Below are positions 48,593-56,322 of a stretch of DNA of 64,000 nucleotides, piece after piece. Position 1 is the first letter of the stretch; the number at the start of each line of letters is the position of its first letter. The position numbers and the translations under genes are program-made. The notes beneath the pieces are model-generated. The model had not been told where the DNA came from and searched no databases. It saw only the letters and a list, made by a program, of their open reading frames with translations. The stretch comes from an uncultured Alphaproteobacteria bacterium. GTDB taxonomy: Bacteria > Pseudomonadota > Alphaproteobacteria > Rs-D84. The stretch is taken from NCBI GenBank assembly GCA_934255455.1, contig CAKQNS010000003.1:38666-102665 (forward strand). The letters are read 5' to 3'.

Positions 48593-49873
48593 TTATATTG
48601 GCAATACAACGCGAACGCGCAGACCGCCCAAATCGCTGTTTTCCAAGAACATTTGGCCCCCGTGGTTTTCAATTGCGGTTTGTGCAATTGACAGCCCCAG
48701 TCCCGTTCCGCCGGTGTCGCGACCGCGCGCATTATCCAGGCGCACAAACGGACGCATAGCATCGCGTTTTTTCTCATCTGGGATGCCGGGGCCGTCATCT
48801 TCAATAATAACCTCTACCTGGTCGGCGGTGTCGATTTCCGATATTCTAATGGTTTTGTTTGCAAAACGTGCGGCGTTTTCAATAATATTGCCAAACGCAC
48901 GGGCCAACGCCATTGGACGGGCATAAAATTGCGCCGGTACATCCGGGAATGATGTTTCTATGTTTTTATCCGGTGCCGCATCGCGTGCGGTGCGCACCAG
49001 CATTGCCGGCAATTCGGTCGCCTGTTCAATTTCGGGCATTTCGCCGCGTGCAAATGCCAGATACCCATTCACCATTTCCGACATACGATCAATGTCGCGT
49101 ATCAGTTCGTCGTTTGTGGCACTGCCCGTTTCAATGGCCAGACGCATACGCGTCAGGGGTGCCTTCAAATCATGGCTGACCGCGTTCAGCATATCAGTAC
49201 GGGTGCGGTTGTAACGGTCCAGACGCTCTTTCATTGTAATCATGGCAGTGGCGGCTTCGCGTATTTCGTACGAGCCCGATGGTTTGAATCCCGGTGCATC
49301 CAGCCCGCGGCCAAACCGACTGGCCGCCTTGGCAATGCGGCGTATGCTGCGCGTGTGCAGGATGATGAACGGTGAAATCAACAGCAATACAATCAAGAAC
49401 GACCCAAACAGCCAGATAATAAATACCTCGGTACTGGTAGAATATACGCGATACAGCGATGTCCCAAATGTTGCAATTTGGTTGTCGCGTGTGGGAACAT
49501 CAATAAATATCAGACGCTTGCCTTTGTCAATATAAATACTGGCCGGGCGGTTCAGACGCGCAGATAATTCGCCGGCCAGATGTCCGGCTTCGCGCGATTT
49601 ATTGTCATTTTTGCTGGGGCGGTTCAGGTGCGGGTTTACCGAAACATTTATCCCAATACTGCGTGCCATGGAATCCAACGCGTCGGTATTTCCATCGTCC
49701 ATAAAATGCATCATGGTGGTTATTTCACCGGCCAAACTGCGCGCTAATGTTGAATGCACGCGATCCCAGTGATTGCCAAAAAAGACATTAGCAACAATAA
49801 TTTGGGCCACAATCAATGGGATAACAATCATTAAAATGGTCCGCCATAAAAAACTGCGTGGAATCAATCTCAT
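48593..49873 (-). CDS. EnvZ-like sensor histidine kinase
   Basis: Two TM helices, HAMP, H-box NAVSHDLKAPLTRM, N/G boxes (DDGPGIP, GGTGLGLSIA). Confidence 0.85.
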   Translation of the reverse strand: MRLIPRSFLWRTILMIVIPLIVAQIIVANVFFGNHWDRVHSTLARSLAGEITTMMHFMDDGNTDALDSMARSIGINVSVNPHLNRPSKNDNKSREAGHLAGELSARLNRPASIYIDKGKRLIFIDVPTRDNQIATFGTSLYRVYSTSTEVFIIWLFGSFLIVLLLISPFIILHTRSIRRIAKAASRFGRGLDAPGFKPSGSYEIREAATAMITMKERLDRYNRTRTDMLNAVSHDLKAPLTRMRLAIETGSATNDELIRDIDRMSEMVNGYLAFARGEMPEIEQATELPAMLVRTARDAAPDKNIETSFPDVPAQFYARPMALARAFGNIIENAARFANKTIRISEIDTADQVEVIIEDDGPGIPDEKKRDAMRPFVRLDNARGRDTGGTGLGLSIAQTAIENHGGQMFLENSDLGGLRVRVVLPI

Positions 49874-50535
49874 GCTTGGTCCTTGTTGTTGGTTATGTTC
49901 GCGTTCGCCGATACCAATTTATATCCGCGCCCCCGAACGGTTATTATATCCAGATTTGATAATACACTATTTAATTTCGTGCGCAAGCGTTTTGCAACCA
50001 TTGGTGACGACGCCGGTGCAATGTTGCCCATGGGGTGCGTCAGATGGCGCAATAATTTTTTTTCTTCGCCCGACAACCCCAGTAATTGTGGCGTACCGCC
50101 ATCGCGTGCGATGTAAAATTCGTCGTCGGCAAACACTAATCCATCGGGTAATTCAGCGTCTGGGGGGGCGATGTGCGTGCGGATAATATTTCCCAAACGC
50201 AACACCAATTCGCGCAATTGGAACGGTTTTTCCAAATAGTCATTTGCCCCACCCGCCAGGCCGTCAATCGTATTTTCGGTACCGGTCATCGCGGTCAGCA
50301 TAATAACCGGTGTCTGGTCGCCCCCGTCGCGTAATTTTTTCAGGAATGTCAATCCATCCATTCCCGTCATCATACGGTCCAGAACAATCGCATCAACCGT
50401 GACGCGCGCCAAGATATCCACCCCAGATTCCGCAGAATCAGCCGCCAAAACATTAAAGTCGTTATTTTGCAACCCACGCGTCAATGTGTGACGCAACATA
50501 TCATCGTCATCAATAATCAGAACGGTTTTGTTCAT
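49870..50535 (-). CDS. OmpR-family response regulator
   Basis: Receiver domain (LIIDDD ... DAIVLDRMMTGMDG ... MLTA) and a winged-helix C-terminus (TVRGRGYKL). Overlaps the kinase gene by 4 nt. Confidence 0.9.
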   Translation of the reverse strand: MNKTVLIIDDDDMLRHTLTRGLQNNDFNVLAADSAESGVDILARVTVDAIVLDRMMTGMDGLTFLKKLRDGGDQTPVIMLTAMTGTENTIDGLAGGANDYLEKPFQLRELVLRLGNIIRTHIAPPDAELPDGLVFADDEFYIARDGGTPQLLGLSGEEKKLLRHLTHPMGNIAPASSPMVAKRLRTKLNSVLSNLDIITVRGRGYKLVSANANITNNKDQA

Positions 50536-50550
50536 CTGTTCCCATCACAA

Positions 50551-51486
50551 TCACTTTTTCATCGGTTCAACGGCGTATTCGCCTGGCTGAATTGTACGCA
50601 TGCGGTTGTTTGCACCGGCTGTATCTTCTTCGTCGTATACGGCGGCGCGAAATTGCATGCCGTTGGTTGTAAATTCGGTTTTGAACAACGCATATCCCGT
50701 GCCGCCACCGGTGGTTGGACCCTGCATCCCCAGGGAATAATATCCGCCCAAAATGCCATAATCCAAATCAATGTAATCGATGCTGACCAATAATGATATA
50801 TTGGACAGGCCGTCACTGGTCATATTGCATGAAAATTCACGGTTAGACAGTGTTGCCTGGGAATTTATTGGAACCATAATATCCATAACGGTTGGTTCAC
50901 ATTTGCGGTCAATTCCGTTTACCAAAAATTCGTATGTCATACCAACGGTTGCCTTGGACAGGCCGGTTGAAACATTTACCTGGGAAATGGTGGCCTTGGG
51001 TATTTTGACCAATGCGTTGGCAATCCCGCTGCGAACCGGGAAAGAAATGCCCGATTGCAGGCAATCACGCGAAAACGGGTCGGCCTCGCATATATACAGG
51101 CGCGAATGCGCGTTCATCATAAACATATTGGCCAGACTGTTGAACAAAAATGTGCGTGTGATTTTTTCGTTCAAACGCGTGCAGCCGAAATTACGGCAAA
51201 TAATCATTGGGCGATCGGCAAAGATTACACCCGGATGGGCCTGTTCCTCGGTCGCGCGGGCATCAACGATGTTTTGGTCATAATCCAAACTGTCGGCACG
51301 TTCCATAAATTCGGTTTCTGGAATAAAGTTCGGATCATCTGGATACGCATAATATGATTGCACCGGCGTTTCGGTGTAAATAGTCTGAAAATCATCATAC
51401 ACGATTTCGGTGTCGTATGCGTCCTGGGCGTATGCCCCAACCACAAATACAGATGCAATTGCAGCGGTTAAAATAAACTTCGCCAT
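50551..51486 (-). CDS. exported protein (311 aa), unknown function
   Basis: Signal peptide ending AYA|Q. No recognisable motif. Confidence 0.6.
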   Translation of the reverse strand: MAKFILTAAIASVFVVGAYAQDAYDTEIVYDDFQTIYTETPVQSYYAYPDDPNFIPETEFMERADSLDYDQNIVDARATEEQAHPGVIFADRPMIICRNFGCTRLNEKITRTFLFNSLANMFMMNAHSRLYICEADPFSRDCLQSGISFPVRSGIANALVKIPKATISQVNVSTGLSKATVGMTYEFLVNGIDRKCEPTVMDIMVPINSQATLSNREFSCNMTSDGLSNISLLVSIDYIDLDYGILGGYYSLGMQGPTTGGGTGYALFKTEFTTNGMQFRAAVYDEEDTAGANNRMRTIQPGEYAVEPMKK

Positions 51487-51559
51487 ATCAAAGCCTTTCG
51501 TTCTTTCTGTTAAATCTTAAAACATTCGGGGGCGGCGTGTCAAAGCAAAAATATTTTTA

Positions 51560-51589
51560 TTGAAAATTGGTTTGCGTTTGTTCTATAAA
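51560..51589 (+). promoter_or_regulatory. sigma70-like promoter
   Basis: TTGAAA, 18-nt spacer, TATAAA. Confidence 0.45.
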
Positions 51590-51630
51590 TTATGTGTAAT
51601 ATAAATAATTAGTCAAAGGAAGGTGTTGTT

Positions 51631-52290
51631 ATGGTTGATGTTATAATTGCTGGCGAGTCCGGCAAATTACATGCGGTTTATCATAAATCTGCTGAACCGT
51701 CGGCGCCACTGGCGGTGGTGCTGTCTGGTAATCCGCGCCAGAAATATCACATGAACGACCGTGTGTCGTATGCAATGTTTCGCGCGTTTATGGATGCCGG
51801 TTTTTCGGTTGTGCGGTTTAATTATCGTGGCGTAAATGATTCCGAGGGTGCAATTGGCACCACCGCGGATAATATGTTGGACATTGCAACCGTGATTGAT
51901 TGGATTCAGAATAAAAACGAAGATAGCGATAAAATCTGGTTGGCGGGACATCAATTGGGCGCCTGGTATGTATTACAGGCAATGATGCGTCGGCCCGAGG
52001 TTTCTGGTTTTGCGTTGGTATCCCCAGATGCATCGATTTCTGATTTTGCGTTTTTGTCCCCGCGTCCGAACCGTGGCCTGTTATTACAGGGGGCGACAGA
52101 ATCTGATGATGCGCGCGCGTTTGCGGCGCACCTGACCCAGGTATTGAAAAAGCAGGCACAAATTGACCTGGAAACAATCCGCGTGAAAAACGCTGATGCA
52201 AATTATTCTGCGCCGGCCGATTTGCGTCAGATGTATAATGATTTGAAAGCATACGTTGGACGTGAAAATTCCGAAGACAAGTTGTTGTAA
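51631..52290 (+). CDS. alpha/beta-hydrolase-fold protein (COG2945-like) lacking the nucleophile serine
   Basis: LHAVYHKS...PLAVVLSGNP...VVRFNYRGVNDSEG fits the fold. The nucleophile elbow reads AGHQLGA where related proteins have G-x-S-x-G. Confidence 0.6.
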   Translation: MVDVIIAGESGKLHAVYHKSAEPSAPLAVVLSGNPRQKYHMNDRVSYAMFRAFMDAGFSVVRFNYRGVNDSEGAIGTTADNMLDIATVIDWIQNKNEDSDKIWLAGHQLGAWYVLQAMMRRPEVSGFALVSPDASISDFAFLSPRPNRGLLLQGATESDDARAFAAHLTQVLKKQAQIDLETIRVKNADANYSAPADLRQMYNDLKAYVGRENSEDKLL

Positions 52291-52293
52291 ACC

Positions 52294-53286
52294 ATGCAAG
52301 CAAATACTGAACGATTTTTAGACCCAAATATCCCAGACGAAATGGCCGCATCTATCCGGCCACATGCGTTGTCGGATTTTATTGGACATGATGCACTGAA
52401 ACAAAACCTGTCGGTGTTTATCAATGGGGCGCGTTCGCGGGGCGAAGCGATGGACCATGTTCTGTTGTATGGCCCCCCGGGATTGGGCAAAACAACACTG
52501 GCGCACATTGTGGCGAACGAATTGGGTACGAATTTTCGCGCTACATCGGCACCTATGTTGACCAAGCAAGGCGACCTGGCGGCGATTTTGACCGCGTTGG
52601 AACCGATGGATGTGCTGTTTATTGATGAAATTCACCGTTTGCCAACCGCCATTGAAGAGGTTTTATACTCGGCGATGGAGGATTTCAAGCTGGACATTAT
52701 GCTGGGCGAAGGGCCGTCGGCCAAAAGTGTGCGTATTGACCTGCCACCGTTTACATTGGTTGGGGCAACGACCCGCACGGGGTTGCTGTCGAACCCATTG
52801 CGTGACCGTTTTGGAATTGATTTGCGGTTGACTTTTTATTCGCCGGACGATTTGGCCAGAATTATTATGCGCAGTGCGAATATATTGGGCACACCAATTG
52901 ACGCCGATGCGGCATTGACATTGGCGCGCAGTGCGCGTGGCACGCCCCGTATTGCGAACCGATTGTTAAAACGCGCGCGTGATTTCGCGGGTGCGCTGGG
53001 ACGTGATGAAATATCGCCTGATACAATTAAAACCACCCTGTTCCAATTACATATCGACGGATGTGGGTTGGATGAAATTGACCGCGAATATATGATGACA
53101 ATAGTCAAACATTACGCGGGTGGACCGGTCGGTATTGAAAACCTGGCGGCGGCATTGTCGGAACCGGCGGATACTATCGAAGATGTGATTGAACCATATT
53201 TGATGCAAATGGGTTTTGTCCAGCGTACGCCGCGCGGTCGCGTTATTACAGATGCGGGCTATAAACACCTGGGGTTGGAGAAATAA
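52294..53286 (+). CDS. ruvB: Holliday junction branch migration DNA helicase RuvB
   Basis: [13 protein letters not shown] Walker [11 protein letters not shown] Walker B, and a winged-helix C-terminus. Confidence 0.96.
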   Translation: MQANTERFLDPNIPDEMAASIRPHALSDFIGHDALKQNLSVFINGARSRGEAMDHVLLYGPPGLGKTTLAHIVANELGTNFRATSAPMLTKQGDLAAILTALEPMDVLFIDEIHRLPTAIEEVLYSAMEDFKLDIMLGEGPSAKSVRIDLPPFTLVGATTRTGLLSNPLRDRFGIDLRLTFYSPDDLARIIMRSANILGTPIDADAALTLARSARGTPRIANRLLKRARDFAGALGRDEISPDTIKTTLFQLHIDGCGLDEIDREYMMTIVKHYAGGPVGIENLAAALSEPADTIEDVIEPYLMQMGFVQRTPRGRVITDAGYKHLGLEK

Positions 53287-53290
53287 TCCT

Positions 53291-53677
53291 ATGTCAAACA
53301 TTCATAAATTTCCGTTCGCAATTGCATACGCGGATACGGATGCTGGTGGAATTGTGTATCATGGCCGGTATATTGAAATTGCCGAACGTGCGCGTATGAA
53401 TTGGTTGCACGGCATGGTGGCGGCCGATGGTGATGTTGGCTTTGTTATTCGTGAATTGAACATTAAATATATTCGGCCATTAAAATTGGGCGATGAATTT
53501 ACGGTTGAATCCACCATCGCGCATGTTGGTGCGGCGTCATTATCGATTGAACAAAAGTTCGTGCGTGATGGGGAAATTTATGCTATACTTAACGGAACAG
53601 CGGCATACATTGGTGGCGATATGCATCCCAAACGTATCCCCGACCAAATTTTGCAGAAAATAACCGCAGAACAATAA
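53291..53677 (+). CDS. ybgC: YbgC/4HBT-family acyl-CoA thioesterase
   Basis: YADTDAGGIVYHGRYIEIAERAR, the hot-dog fold catalytic Asp motif. Sits immediately upstream of tolQ. Confidence 0.8.
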   Translation: MSNIHKFPFAIAYADTDAGGIVYHGRYIEIAERARMNWLHGMVAADGDVGFVIRELNIKYIRPLKLGDEFTVESTIAHVGAASLSIEQKFVRDGEIYAILNGTAAYIGGDMHPKRIPDQILQKITAEQ

Positions 53678-53700
53678 AGGAAATATAAAGGAAAGGAAAA

Positions 53701-54201
53701 ATGGAAACAACAAACAGTTTTTCGCTGGCGAACCTGTTTACGGGCGATTTGATGACATTGTTTGTATCGGTCGTTCTGGTCATTGGCAGTATTATGTCAT
53801 GGGCAATTATTATCGAAAAAATTCGTATGTGGCACTATGCGAAAAAGACCCCGATTAAAATTAAACCGACCGACAATCTGGATTTGATTGTTGACCGACT
53901 GACGCGGCCATTTGAACGGAATTTGTGGTTTTTGTCCATGGTGTCGTATGTCGCGCCGTTTATTGGTCTGTTTGGAACAATTTGGGGCGTTATGGATTCT
54001 TTTTCGTCCATCGGTGTGAACCAGTCTGTATCCATTGGTGTTGTGGCGCCGGGACTGGCAACGGCATTGGGCACGACGGCATTGGGGTTGATTGCGGCGG
54101 TGCCGGCGGCAATTGCGTACCAGTATTTTATTAAAAAGGTCGACACCCTGTACGACGATTTGGACGAGGCACGCCGTGAAATGCGGGCCGCACGCAAATA
54201 A
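53701..54201 (+). CDS. tolQ: MotA/TolQ/ExbB proton-channel protein (short TolQ)
   Basis: APFIGLFGTIWGVM and PGLATALGTTALGLIAAVPA motifs. Context is ybgC-tolQ-tolR. Confidence 0.8.
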   Translation: METTNSFSLANLFTGDLMTLFVSVVLVIGSIMSWAIIIEKIRMWHYAKKTPIKIKPTDNLDLIVDRLTRPFERNLWFLSMVSYVAPFIGLFGTIWGVMDSFSSIGVNQSVSIGVVAPGLATALGTTALGLIAAVPAAIAYQYFIKKVDTLYDDLDEARREMRAARK

Positions 54202-54212
54202 AGGACATTGCC

Positions 54213-54614
54213 ATGTCGCGCAGAAGACAAAGAAATTCAGACGCCGCAATTTCATTGACGCCAATGATTGACATTATGACGGTGTTGTTGGCGGTGTTTA
54301 TGGTGACCACACCTATGATGACCACGGGCATTGATTTGGATTTGCCAAATGCCGGGCACACTACACTTACCGGGAATGACCACGCGATTCAGGTCAGTGT
54401 TGACGCATCGGGCCGGTACTATATTGGCGAAATGCAAATGTCGCGGGACGAAGTGGTTAAACGCGCAATCGCCATGCGTGGTGAAAACCCACAGTTGACT
54501 ATCATGATAAATGGTGACCGTCACGCGGATTATGGCGCGGTAATGTCGGTTATGGGCAAATTAAAGGACGCCGGTTTTCAGCGCGTTGGTCTGCGCACCC
54601 AGTTGGATAAATAA
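54213..54614 (+). CDS. tolR: ExbD/TolR biopolymer transport protein
   Basis: ISLTPMIDIMTVLLAVFMV with the conserved Asp in the TM, and a periplasmic ExbD fold. Confidence 0.8.
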   Translation: MSRRRQRNSDAAISLTPMIDIMTVLLAVFMVTTPMMTTGIDLDLPNAGHTTLTGNDHAIQVSVDASGRYYIGEMQMSRDEVVKRAIAMRGENPQLTIMINGDRHADYGAVMSVMGKLKDAGFQRVGLRTQLDK

Positions 54615-54615
54615 A

Positions 54616-54643
54616 AGTTCAAAGTGCAGAGTTCAAAGTTCAA
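54616..54643 (+). repeat. 4-unit heptamer array, AGTTCAA type; upstream arm of cassette 1
   Basis: AGTTCAA AGTGCAG AGTTCAA AGTTCAA, starting 2 nt after the tolR stop. Confidence 0.8.
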
Positions 54644-54655
54644 ACGGGGGCGCCG

Positions 54656-55039
54656 ATGAAAAACAATATCGCAATGAAAAAAAGTGAAGCGTTTGCACTG
54701 AGAGTGATAAAATTATATAATCATCTGACGGAAATTAAAAAGGAGTACGTGTTATCAAAACAAATTTTGCGGTCTGGTACAAGTATTGGTGCAAATTTAG
54801 CCGAGGCAGAATGTGCAATAACTAAAAAAGATTTTTTGGCCAAGGTTTATATAGCACTGAAAGAATGCGCAGAAACTCAGTATTGGTTGCGTCTGTTGAA
54901 AAATGCGAAATATTTAACCGCAACAGAATATAACAGTGTGTACAAGGACTGTAATGAAATTACAAGGATTTTGATGGCAACAACAAAAACAATAAATTTC
55001 AGGGATTCCGAGGACAAAACTTTGAACTCTGAACTTTGA
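54656..55039 (+). CDS. four-helix-bundle protein (TIGR02436 / '23S rRNA intervening sequence protein' / Avd-like family)
   Basis: VLSKQILRSGTSIGANLAEAECAITKKDFLAKVYIALKECAETQYWLRLLK. The last residues, TLNSEL, are encoded by the downstream repeat arm. Confidence 0.85.
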   Translation: MKNNIAMKKSEAFALRVIKLYNHLTEIKKEYVLSKQILRSGTSIGANLAEAECAITKKDFLAKVYIALKECAETQYWLRLLKNAKYLTATEYNSVYKDCNEITRILMATTKTINFRDSEDKTLNSEL

Positions 55040-55049
55040 ACTTTGAACT
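55022..55049 (-). repeat. 4-unit heptamer array, AGTTCAA type; downstream inverted arm of cassette 1
   Basis: Minus strand: AGTTCAA AGTTCAA AGTTCAG AGTTCAA. Confidence 0.8.
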
Positions 55050-55054
55050 TTATT

Positions 55055-55822
55055 ATGAGATGCAAGTTTGATATTTTTAAGTCTGAAAATTTATTGATGT
55101 CCGTGATGGGGCATCTGGTTGTGTTGGCGATTATGGCGACATCGTTCGTGGTGTTGACCAATCGGGCCAAACTGGTTGCGCCCGACCGGATTCAGATTTA
55201 TGAAATCGACCTGAATGCGGTGCGTGTTTCGGGTGACGAGACGATTTTATATAATGTAAATGCGGACGCGGCGCCAATACAGCCTGAAAAACAAACCGAA
55301 CCAACCCCCACGCCCACGCCCGCGCCCGCCCCGACGGACGAACCGCAACCGATAGAGAACCCGTCGCTGGTGGACGAACCTGCGCCCGCGCCAGAAAAAA
55401 AGCCCGAGCCCGAAAAATCTGCTGATACCCCGGCGCCAGATGACACCCCCGCCCCGCGCAAGAAAACGGTTGTTCGTGTCAATCGCCAGGTTGTATCGCT
55501 GGACAGAACATTGACCGTGTCGGTGGTTGATGCATTGCGTGTGGCAATGACGCGGTGTTGGGCCATTGATACGAACCATCCCGGCATTGGTGATATTCGC
55601 GCGGTGGCGCATTTGACCATGCGGCGCAATGGCACGGTGCGCGATGTGTGGTTTGAATCGGCCGCGCGCGAGAATACCGACCCAGCGTTTGCGTATGTTT
55701 TGGGCACAATTCGCAATGCGATAAACACTTGCCAACCGTTCCGTATGTTGCCTGCAAATGAATTTTCCAAGTGGGAAAAAATCCAATTGACCTTTTACCC
55801 AACCCAGGGGAAAGTTATGTAA
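55055..55822 (+). CDS. tolA: TolA/TonB-like energy transducer
   Basis: N-terminal TM (HLVVLAIMATSFVVL), a Pro/Glu/Lys-rich spacer (TEPTPTPTPAPAPTDEPQP ... EKKPEPEK), and a TonB_C/TolA-like C-terminal domain. Position after tolQR supports the call. The start (ATG 55055 or a later Met) is uncertain. Confidence 0.6.
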   Translation: MRCKFDIFKSENLLMSVMGHLVVLAIMATSFVVLTNRAKLVAPDRIQIYEIDLNAVRVSGDETILYNVNADAAPIQPEKQTEPTPTPTPAPAPTDEPQPIENPSLVDEPAPAPEKKPEPEKSADTPAPDDTPAPRKKTVVRVNRQVVSLDRTLTVSVVDALRVAMTRCWAIDTNHPGIGDIRAVAHLTMRRNGTVRDVWFESAARENTDPAFAYVLGTIRNAINTCQPFRMLPANEFSKWEKIQLTFYPTQGKVM

Positions 55823-55847
55823 AAAACGGGGCATTGCCCCGTTTTTT
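55821..55847 (+). terminator. terminator of the tol operon
   Basis: AAAAAACGGGGCA-TT-GCCCCGTTTTTT. Confidence 0.75.
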
Positions 55848-55850
55848 CAA

Positions 55851-55878
55851 AGTTCAGAGTTCAAAGTGCAAAGTTCAA
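55851..55878 (+). repeat. 4-unit heptamer array, AGTTCAA type (solo)
   Basis: AGTTCAG AGTTCAA AGTGCAA AGTTCAA, 3 nt after the terminator. Confidence 0.75.
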
Positions 55879-55933
55879 AGAATGTGTCCGCGGATCCAGG
55901 TTTGTTGATGTCGCGCGGCACGCGCCCATCCTA

Positions 55934-56146
55934 TTGTCATTCCCGCGCAGGCGGGAATATGGTCTTGAAAATTACTCTCGCTTGGTGTTGTACAATATTT
56001 GGTAAAAATGGCGGGGATCGTTATTGGCCGTACACCGCGATATTCTACGTCTGGCTCGTTGCCACTCGCACTGTATAGTCCCTATTCCTGCCTTTGCCCA
56101 CCCACGAAATTTACCAATTTCGTGGGGCCCGGCGCAGGAATGACAA
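55934..56146. mobile_element. ~213-bp segment bounded by 18-nt imperfect inverted repeats (MITE-like or invertible-segment-like)
   Basis: TTGTCATTCCCGCGCAGG at 55934..55951 against the reverse complement of 56129..56146, TTGTCATTCCTGCGCCGG (16/18 match). The left end contains the palindrome ATTCCC-N8-GGGAAT. There is an internal 10-bp hairpin CCCACGAAAT/ATTTCGTGGG. Confidence 0.4.
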
Positions 56147-56160
56147 AAGAGCTATAATCT

Positions 56161-56184
56161 CTATCACCCTATCACTTACTCACT
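56161..56184 (-). repeat. 3-unit octamer array, AGTGATAG type
   Basis: Minus strand: AGTGAGTA AGTGATAG GGTGATAG. Same family as 31382..31407. Confidence 0.55.
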
Positions 56185-56322
56185 TTTCCTGTTCCCCTGC
56201 CCCCCTGGTGGCGGAAATGCGAAATTGGGGCGCCGTCGAAATCTTTTTTGTTTGTATATACACATTTTTTCTTGCGTCGATTGTGGATTTTTTTCTACCA
56301 TAAACCTAAAAGAGAGGAAGTC

